Positions 58,753-64,000 of a stretch of DNA of 64,000 nt are shown one piece after another (position 1 is the stretch's first letter; each line of letters begins with the position of its first letter). Source of the DNA: Acidobacteriota bacterium (GTDB lineage: Bacteria > Acidobacteriota > Blastocatellia > UBA7656); NCBI GenBank assembly GCA_040754075.1, contig JBFMDH010000002.1, positions 326,221 to 390,220 of the forward strand. The letters run 5' to 3'. A model generated the notes under the pieces. That model was given only the letters and a program-made list of their open reading frames with translations, was not told the origin of the DNA and did no database searches. Position numbers and translations under genes: made by a program.

Positions 58753-59738
58753 TGTACATGAAATTTTCTTCTCTGGTTGGCAACGAACGCATAAAAGAGT
58801 TGTTGATGCGGGCTGTGAGTGACGGGCGCATCGGGCAAGGGTTAATTTTCGCGGGTGAGCGCGGCATCGGCAAACATCAATTTGCGATGGCGCTGGCACA
58901 GGCGGTCAATTGTGAACAACCGGTTGGCGGCGATTCCTGCGGCGGGTGTTTGAATTGTCGTAAATTTGCGGCGCGCGATTTTACTGATGTGAAAATCATC
59001 GTGCCCGACGGGCAATTTATCAAAATTGAGCAAACCCGTGAAATGTCAAAAGAGGCATACTTCAAACCTTTTGAAGGTCGCCGTCGCGTCTTCATTATTG
59101 ATGAAGCCGAACGCTTGAAAGAGCAAGCCGCGAATTCGATTTTGAAAACCCTGGAGGAGCCGCCCGACACCTCGCTCATCATTTTAATTACCGAAAAACC
59201 TTATGCGCTGTTGCAGACCATTCGTTCGCGTTGTCAGATGTTGAACTTTGCGCCGCTAACTTATCAGGAGTTGGAAGCCTTTTTGAAAGCCAACTACAAA
59301 CGCCCAATGGAAGAAACCCGACTGCTGGCGCGGCTGGCGCGCGGCAGCATCGGGCGCGCCCTGGAAATCGATTTGGGTGAATATCGCGAAGCGCGGCAGG
59401 CGGCGCTTGAAATTATCGAAGCGCAACTCGTGACCCACGATGCCATTCGGTTGCTTGCGGCAGCGGAACATCTGGGGCGCAAACTCGACAAACCGGAGTT
59501 TGAAAAGCAGACCGATTTAATGCTGATTTTATTGCAGGATATTTTTTATCTGAAATCGGGTAAAGCGATTGACTCGCTTACCAACGCTGACATTGCCGAG
59601 CGATTGAAACGGATTGCCGATGCGTCTTCGTTTGAGCAAATCAGCCATTTTGTCGAACGACTGGAAGGGGTTTTGCAAAACCTCGCCCGCAATATCAATC
59701 GCCATCTGGCGCTCGAAGCGGCTTTCGTTGCCGGTTAA
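58752..59738 (+). CDS. holB: DNA polymerase III delta-prime subunit (likely true start ATG 58758)
   Basis: AAA+ fold with GxxGxGKH Walker A, a zinc module (CxxC...CGGCLNC), the SRC motif (SRCQ) and the C-terminal clamp-loader domain. Confidence 0.82.
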   Translation: MYMKFSSLVGNERIKELLMRAVSDGRIGQGLIFAGERGIGKHQFAMALAQAVNCEQPVGGDSCGGCLNCRKFAARDFTDVKIIVPDGQFIKIEQTREMSKEAYFKPFEGRRRVFIIDEAERLKEQAANSILKTLEEPPDTSLIILITEKPYALLQTIRSRCQMLNFAPLTYQELEAFLKANYKRPMEETRLLARLARGSIGRALEIDLGEYREARQAALEIIEAQLVTHDAIRLLAAAEHLGRKLDKPEFEKQTDLMLILLQDIFYLKSGKAIDSLTNADIAERLKRIADASSFEQISHFVERLEGVLQNLARNINRHLALEAAFVAG

Positions 59739-59802
59739 GGTATCACCTGTCGAATGATGGTCAGAGACCGCCATTTTTATTACCGGGTTTTGTTTCTCCA
59801 GC

Positions 59803-59859
59803 GTTGAACAAGCGGTCTTTGACCGCGCCCTTCGCTGGTCTCAGACCGCTTGTTCAACG
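59803..59859. terminator. 16-bp perfect inverted repeat (GTTGAACAAGCGGTCT / AGACCGCTTGTTCAAC) between convergent holB and radical-SAM genes; built from the dispersed GGTC..AGACCGCTTG.TCAAC repeat family
   Basis: gttgaacaagcggtctttgaccgcgcccttcgctggtctcagaccgcttgttcaac. Confidence 0.5.
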
Positions 59860-59908
59860 AAACAAAATTTATTTGAGTGAGCAATACGAAATCTGCTTGA
59901 GCCTTGAC

Positions 59909-61756
59909 TCAATCGCCTACCGAAAGCACCGGCAAAGCCTTTGCCGCTTTGGGTTCGGCGACCAGTTGTTCATAAAAACCTTCGGGCAAATCGCCGTTGT
60001 CTTCGCGCAGGTATTTCCATTGATGCGTTTTGATGGTTGCCAGAAGTTCTTTGCGGGTTTTGGTTTTCAATGGCTTGCCAACATAAATTTTACCCATCTT
60101 ATCCATCAGCCATTCCGGGATGGCGCTTGAAAACATAAACAGCGGCCATTTGAATCCCGGCCCGTTGGTCTTTCTGAGTTTCCACGCCCATAACCCCAAC
60201 GCGCCGACGCGCCAGGCGGTTGGTGCCCACCAACTGTATTGACCCGGACGCAGATTCATCTTCCAGCACTTCATAATCAACTGCCATTGCAAAGGCGTAA
60301 GCTGCATGGTCTCTTTGACGCCCTCTTTATCCTGCATGCGGGTGTCGTGCAGCGGCGTGAATATCGAAGGAATGAAGAACGCGAATTGCCCGCGCCGCTC
60401 GACTTCATAAATCAAATCCAATGTCGCCATGACATCTTCATCGGTTTCGCCGGGATTGCCAACAATCAAAGTGACTGCCGGAAACCAGTTATTTTCATTC
60501 AACACCCGCAAGCCTTCGATGAACACTGAGGGCCAATCTTCAACCGAAAAGGGCACCCCTTTGCTCGGCATCACCTGCTTTGCCATGCGCACCGAGCCGG
60601 TTTCGAGACCAATGAGCGGGGTGAGCGCTTTTTTCAAGGGATGCGTGCTGAGCATCGGCAAATGAATCGGACTTTTATCGAGGAGAATTTCCGAAAGCTT
60701 TTTAATCAACAGCGGGTCAACGACCGCAGGGGCGATGGTTGAATGGCTCAGCACATGTTGTTCAACGCCCGGCGTGTTGACGATGTCGGAATATAAATCG
60801 AGCAAGGCTTCGCGATTCGGAAAATAGAAAGGCGTGTCGGTATGCACCTGTCCCCAGATGAACATATCTTCGGTGGCTAAGCTGATTTGCTTATTGCCAT
60901 CGCGAACGTTGGCGCGCACCGCATCCATGATTTTGTCTTTCGGCATATCGATTTGCGGATTCAAATCGGGAACGCAAAATTGACAACGCCGCCCGCAACC
61001 CGTAGTCATTTCGACGACGCCGAAGGTTGTGCGTTTATCGGGGAAAAGAATTTCGTTGCGGTCTTTCGGATGCACGACATCAACCTGACGCGGCAACGTT
61101 TCACCGGCAATCGCTTTGTTGAATAAATCCAAAACGTCTGTGGATTCGCTGCGCCCTTCGACGACACAATCGATGCTGAGTTCTTCATAAGTGTCGGTTT
61201 GAATGATTTGCCAGCCGCCCGAACCGCCGACGATTACTTTGAATTGATCGCGAAAGGGGCTGCCTTTAATTTTGGCAAACATGTCTTTTGAGTAATGTGA
61301 ATTGATAGGCTCTTTCGATGAACCGAAAATCGAAGTGTAAACCCCGGCGGCAAAGGTAACCCCCAAGGGGTTATGCGTCGATACGGCAACCACGCGGGTG
61401 TTTTCGCCGATGAATTTATCCAAATCCTGCGGGTAACAACAGGCAATATCATCCGCTTTGAACCACCGTGAAATGGATTTTTCCAACACTCGGACGCCTG
61501 CGGGCATATAACGCGCGGTGCCGTCGTCATTGTATTCAACATCACGCCAGGTCGGGTATTTTTTATTGAGAATGCCTTCGAGCCAGATGGGCAAAGATGC
61601 CATACTCATTTGAATGAAATAGCCTGCGTGATCGATGGTTTCCGTAAGCGGGGCAGTTAAAACAATCAACTTCCCACCATCTTTGGGAGTCGTTGCGGCG
61701 TGACCGTTCAAGTGACCATTACTGGTCGCGCCTTGAGTTGCGTTAGTATTGCCCAT
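59909..61756 (-). CDS. B12-binding-domain radical SAM protein (615 aa), function unknown
   Basis: N-terminal cobalamin-binding Rossmann-like region, CGRRCQFC (Cx3Cx2C) and a long C-terminal extension. Confidence 0.65.
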   Translation of the reverse strand: MGNTNATQGATSNGHLNGHAATTPKDGGKLIVLTAPLTETIDHAGYFIQMSMASLPIWLEGILNKKYPTWRDVEYNDDGTARYMPAGVRVLEKSISRWFKADDIACCYPQDLDKFIGENTRVVAVSTHNPLGVTFAAGVYTSIFGSSKEPINSHYSKDMFAKIKGSPFRDQFKVIVGGSGGWQIIQTDTYEELSIDCVVEGRSESTDVLDLFNKAIAGETLPRQVDVVHPKDRNEILFPDKRTTFGVVEMTTGCGRRCQFCVPDLNPQIDMPKDKIMDAVRANVRDGNKQISLATEDMFIWGQVHTDTPFYFPNREALLDLYSDIVNTPGVEQHVLSHSTIAPAVVDPLLIKKLSEILLDKSPIHLPMLSTHPLKKALTPLIGLETGSVRMAKQVMPSKGVPFSVEDWPSVFIEGLRVLNENNWFPAVTLIVGNPGETDEDVMATLDLIYEVERRGQFAFFIPSIFTPLHDTRMQDKEGVKETMQLTPLQWQLIMKCWKMNLRPGQYSWWAPTAWRVGALGLWAWKLRKTNGPGFKWPLFMFSSAIPEWLMDKMGKIYVGKPLKTKTRKELLATIKTHQWKYLREDNGDLPEGFYEQLVAEPKAAKALPVLSVGD

Positions 61757-61907
61757 CCAATCCTCCTTTTAGTTTGTCCATTTATTTATTGGAATATTTA
61801 TTGAGTAGTTTGTTATCGGGCTAATCGCGACCTGTATGTTACATGCAAACACCGATGAATTGCCAGTGCTCGGTTCATTTTATTTCGGGAAGCAGATAAA
61901 GGCGCAG

Positions 61908-62372
61908 TTAATCTCCGGGCAGGGATTTTTCGCTTTGCGACGCGGTTAAAACTTTTTTGTGAGCGATGACCTGCTCATTGGAAGCGGTTGTGATGTAAAC
62001 CGCTTCTTCGTTGGCGATTTCGGGTGTTGGCAAACTGAACGAGGTGTTTTCGGATTTGCTGACGCCATGCATCATGCCCCATTCGCACATCGATTCAATG
62101 ACCGGTTTGAGACTTGCGCCCAAAGCAGTCAGCGAATATTCGACTTTGGGAGGAACTTGCGCGTAAACTTCGCGGTGAATGATGCCGTCCTGTTCGAGTT
62201 CGCGCAGTTGTTGGGTGAGCATTTTTTGCGACACCCCTTTCAGAATTTTCTGCAACTGGGAAAAGCGCTTCACGCCTAAGAAAAGTTGATAGAGGATGAG
62301 CGCCTTCCAGCGCCCGCCAATTATCGCGAGGGTAAATTCGACCGGACATTTCGGAACTCTTCGCTTCATCAA
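61908..62372 (-). CDS. HxlR-family transcriptional regulator
   Basis: [22 protein letters not shown] winged-helix HxlR signature. Confidence 0.85.
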   Translation of the reverse strand: MMKRRVPKCPVEFTLAIIGGRWKALILYQLFLGVKRFSQLQKILKGVSQKMLTQQLRELEQDGIIHREVYAQVPPKVEYSLTALGASLKPVIESMCEWGMMHGVSKSENTSFSLPTPEIANEEAVYITTASNEQVIAHKKVLTASQSEKSLPGD

Positions 62373-62494
62373 CTCAAACCTCTCTCAGTTTCTTTTTGGT
62401 AACTATAGCACCTGAAAGTGCCTTCTTCACAATCGGCGAACATCTTGCTATAACATGAGGGCGTTAAATTTTAAGCAAGTGAAGGAGAAGATTT

Positions 62495-62920
62495 ATGCCG
62501 GTAAGACAAGCAGAAGCCGAATGGAAAGGGAATCTTCTTGAGGGCAAAGGCAGCATCAAACTTGGAAGCGGCGCATTTGAAGGTTCATATGACTGGCGCG
62601 CGCGTTCAGCCGACGGCCCCGGAACCAACCCCGAAGAATTATTGGGCGCATCCCATGCCGGTTGCTTTTCAATGGCGCTTTCCGCGCAACTGGCAAACAA
62701 TAACACCCCCGCAACCCGCATCCATACCAATGCCAAAGTGCATCTTGAAAAACTGGAAAGCGGTTTTGCGATTACTCAAATCGAACTCGAAACTCAAGTC
62801 GAAGCGCCAGGTATTGACGAGGCGAAATTTCAGGAACTCGCAAACGTAGCGAAGACCAACTGCCCGATTTCCAAAGCCCTTGCCAGCACGACGATTCACC
62901 TGAAAGCAACCCTTCTTTAG
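62495..62920 (+). CDS. OsmC/Ohr-family peroxiredoxin-like protein
   Basis: Two conserved Cys (GCFSMAL...TNCPISKAL) in OsmC spacing. Length 141 aa. Confidence 0.82.
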   Translation: MPVRQAEAEWKGNLLEGKGSIKLGSGAFEGSYDWRARSADGPGTNPEELLGASHAGCFSMALSAQLANNNTPATRIHTNAKVHLEKLESGFAITQIELETQVEAPGIDEAKFQELANVAKTNCPISKALASTTIHLKATLL

Positions 62921-63090
62921 CGGTACTCCGAATTTGACCGGCAACCGCTTCACGCCATTCGTTGATGAGGCGATTGCCGGTTGAATGCAACCCTATCCTC
63001 ATTTTTCTGACGTTTATACAACCGACAACCGAAAGCCTGGTTGGTCGCGTAATTGGTTCAACAAATTTTATTGATGAAAGGTAAACATTC

Positions 63091-64000
63091 ATGGCAATGA
63101 TGAAAGCAGTGAGGATGCATGAATATGGCAGCATTGACGGACTGGTTTACGAAGAGGTAGCAAAACCCCAACCGGCAACCGATGAAGTGTTGATTCAAGT
63201 CAAGTCCGCAGGCGTCAATCCGGTGGATTGGAAAATGGTCGAAGGCTTTGGTCAAGGGTGGATGGGGCATTTGATGCCGCACATTTTAGGCGTCGATGTC
63301 GCAGGTGTTGTTGAAGCGGTCGGAAGCCGTGTAACGAAATTCAAAGCCGGTGATGCGGTTTACGGGTATGCGACTTTTTCCCGTGAAGGTTCGTTCGCCG
63401 AATATGTTGCCGTCAAAGCTTCGGATATTGCGGCAAAACCTGCAACACTCGATTTCGTTCAGGCGGCAGCCGTGCCGGTTGCGGCGATGACTTCGTGGCA
63501 AGGAATATTGGCTCAAGGGAAACTTTCGGCGGGACAGAAAATCTTGATTCACGCGGCAGCCGGGGGCGTCGGCTTGATGGCTGTGCAACTTGCGAAAGCC
63601 CAAGGCGCAGTAGTCATCGGTACAGCCTCGGCGCGTAACCTGGAATTCGTTAAAGCCTGGGGCGCAGACGAAGTCATTGATTACACCAGCGTGAAATTTG
63701 AAGACGCGGTGAGCGATGTGGACGTGGTTTTCGATTTAATCGGTGGCGACACGCAAGCGCGTTCTCTCAAGGTGTTGAAAAAAGGCGGCATTCTGGTTTC
63801 GGCAGTCGCGCCGCCCGACGAACAGGCTGCCGAGGCGCAAGGGGTTCGCGCGGTGATGGTTGGCGTACAACCTGACGGCGCGCAACTTGAAGCGCTTACC
63901 GAATTGATTGACGCCGGCAAAGTGAAAGTTTTTGTCGAACAGGTTTTCCCGCTTGCCGAGGCAAAAGCGGCGCTCCGGTTAAACAAGCAGGGGCGCACAC
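63091..64000 (+). CDS. NADPH:quinone oxidoreductase / zinc-free MDR-family alcohol dehydrogenase, 3' end lies outside the window
   Basis: MAMMKAVRMHEYGS...GVNPVDWK...AAGGVGLMAVQLAKAQGA is the Rossmann GxGxxG of the quinone-oxidoreductase subgroup. No stop occurs before the window end. Confidence 0.85.
   Translation, partial: MAMMKAVRMHEYGSIDGLVYEEVAKPQPATDEVLIQVKSAGVNPVDWKMVEGFGQGWMGHLMPHILGVDVAGVVEAVGSRVTKFKAGDAVYGYATFSREGSFAEYVAVKASDIAAKPATLDFVQAAAVPVAAMTSWQGILAQGKLSAGQKILIHAAAGGVGLMAVQLAKAQGAVVIGTASARNLEFVKAWGADEVIDYTSVKFEDAVSDVDVVFDLIGGDTQARSLKVLKKGGILVSAVAPPDEQAAEAQGVRAVMVGVQPDGAQLEALTELIDAGKVKVFVEQVFPLAEAKAALRLNKQGRT

Noticed and set aside
1-64000. Looked for tRNA, rRNA, tmRNA or RNase P genes and for a selenocysteine insertion context (in-frame TGA with a downstream hairpin), given the presence of selA
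   Set aside because: No cloverleaf-like or rRNA-like sequence was recognised in the short intergenic regions. No pair of adjacent same-frame ORFs separated only by a TGA was evident. A covariance-model search would be needed to be sure.

Overview
The window reads as a chromosomal segment of about 55% GC, probably from an Acidobacteria-like bacterium. Cues are TonB-dependent receptors with carboxypeptidase-regulatory-like domains, a Uma2-family endonuclease and many secreted repeat proteins. Almost all of it is coding, on both strands.

Conserved core. An lpt-rpoN cluster runs from 1852 to 9453: a single 860-aa LptC/LptA-like ORF, LptB with a long N-terminal extension, rpoN, hpf, rapZ and a mannose-family PTS EIIA. 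The housekeeping genes guaB, selA, pilT, recX, alaS, pdxH, kbl, ftsB, a pgm/pmm-family gene, holB and a MoxR/DUF58 pair are also present.

Accessory content. (i) A 5-gene locus at 34589-42302 looks like a synthase-dependent exopolysaccharide system that does not match a described operon. It comprises a polytopic sulfatase/alkaline-phosphatase-family transferase, a short TPR plus beta-barrel outer-membrane protein of YaiO type, a pseudo-REC plus REC regulator, a HEAT-repeat membrane protein translationally coupled to a PgaC-like GT2 synthase with a QRxRW motif, and no PgaB or PgaD. (ii) A NupC-family nucleoside transporter is followed by a PfkB-kinase fused to a roughly 320-aa unknown domain with a 4-Cys tail; this may be a nucleoside (possibly queuosine) salvage module. 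(iii) A family of tandem heptanucleotide arrays (AGTCAGT, GGTAGCC, CAGGATT, AGAAGTC, GTCCGTA, TTTTGCC, CAATCCG) forms long imperfect inverted pairs at gene ends. One array sits in frame inside selA. (iv) An IS200-like/RAYT Y1 transposase is flanked by 29-bp inverted repeats. A dispersed roughly 33-bp repeat (GGTCAGAGACCGCTTGCTCAACCTG) follows two AT-rich small ORFs in a cassette-like way. (v) There is a decayed mazE/mazF module, a low-GC mosaic segment inside alaS, and a flotillin-like SPFH protein with a triplicated N-terminal repeat.

No rRNA, tRNA or CRISPR array was recognised. Coordinates follow the supplied ORF track. A few starts were moved to internal ATG codons where a signal peptide or conserved N-terminus argued for it. 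Counting across line breaks may be off by 1-2 nt.
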